Assembly: GCA_017431585.1 (NCBI GenBank)
Contig: JAFRKU010000088.1
Span: forward strand, 1-43,943
DNA: 43,943 nt
Source of the DNA: a bacterium
GTDB taxonomy: Bacteria > Patescibacteriota > Microgenomatia > UBA1400 > PJMF01
Reading direction: 5' to 3'
In this document: positions 43,821 to 43,943 of the stretch, piece by piece
Layout: every line of letters starts with the position of its first letter
Numbering within the stretch: the stretch's first letter is position 1
The notes under the pieces: model-generated
Database searches by the model: none
Told to the model about the DNA's origin: nothing
Seen by the model: the letters and a program-made list of their open reading frames with translations, nothing else
Translations under genes and position numbers: made by a program

Positions 43821-43943
43821 ATGAAACAGATGAAAAGACAAAGCGCTTTTACCATGGTGGAACTGCTAGTGACAATTGTGATTATAGCCGTGTTGGCGCT
43901 GGCGGGTTTTTACGCTTTGAATATAACCAACACCATGAATAAA
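43821..43943 (+). CDS. Type IV pilin/pseudopilin (N-terminal 41 codons; continues past the window)
   Basis: MKQMKRQSA|FTMVELLVTIVIIAVLALAGFY: class III signal peptide with the conserved Glu at +5 and a hydrophobic helix. Position -1 is Ala rather than Gly. Confidence 0.8.
   Translation, partial: MKQMKRQSAFTMVELLVTIVIIAVLALAGFYALNITNTMNK

Noticed and set aside
1-43943. Alternative genetic code (UGA reassignment, as in some candidate phyla).
   Set aside because: Well-supported genes end at TGA (e.g. pheT at 4727..4729), and protein lengths and motifs are normal under the standard code.

Overview
Gene-dense (~90% coding) bacterial chromosome segment using the standard genetic code. All calls rest on reading the sequence and ORF track; no searches were run. 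Gene content and reduced domain architectures suggest a small-genome Patescibacteria/CPR-like (Saccharibacteria-like) organism, which is inference only. About 40 genes:
- Housekeeping: rnpA, pheT, an unlinked pheS, tRNA-Val(CAC), ldh, a J-domain chaperone, trigger factor, holB and PBP1A.
- An orphan VirD4/TraG-like ATPase and a stand-alone Cas4-like nuclease.
- An envelope-glycan block at 25.2-37.6 kb: an LCP ligase followed by seven translationally coupled glycosyltransferase genes, including three tandem GT-C paralogs and two fusion enzymes.
- The start of a type IV pilus operon: pilB, pilT, pilC and a pilin.

Signals not explained by the gene list:
1. A strand-specific 14-mer, GCAGTTGTTAGGCG, is present 5 times exactly and 3 times nearly, in different reading frames, antisense and intergenic. 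The exact copies are about 2.5-2.7 kb apart.
2. A 12-mer repeat family (AATATTATAGGA) forms hairpin clusters. It also forms a ~118-bp inverted-repeat pair bracketing a 3-kb segment that holds tRNA-Val and pheS.
3. A promoter-to-terminator unit of ~250 nt has no credible ORF and is a candidate ncRNA.
4. At 19 genes a TATAAT box sits 6-9 nt from the start codon, implying leaderless mRNAs. A conserved 25-bp upstream module accompanies several of the strongest promoters.
5. A glycosyltransferase gene is frameshifted at a short homopolymer.
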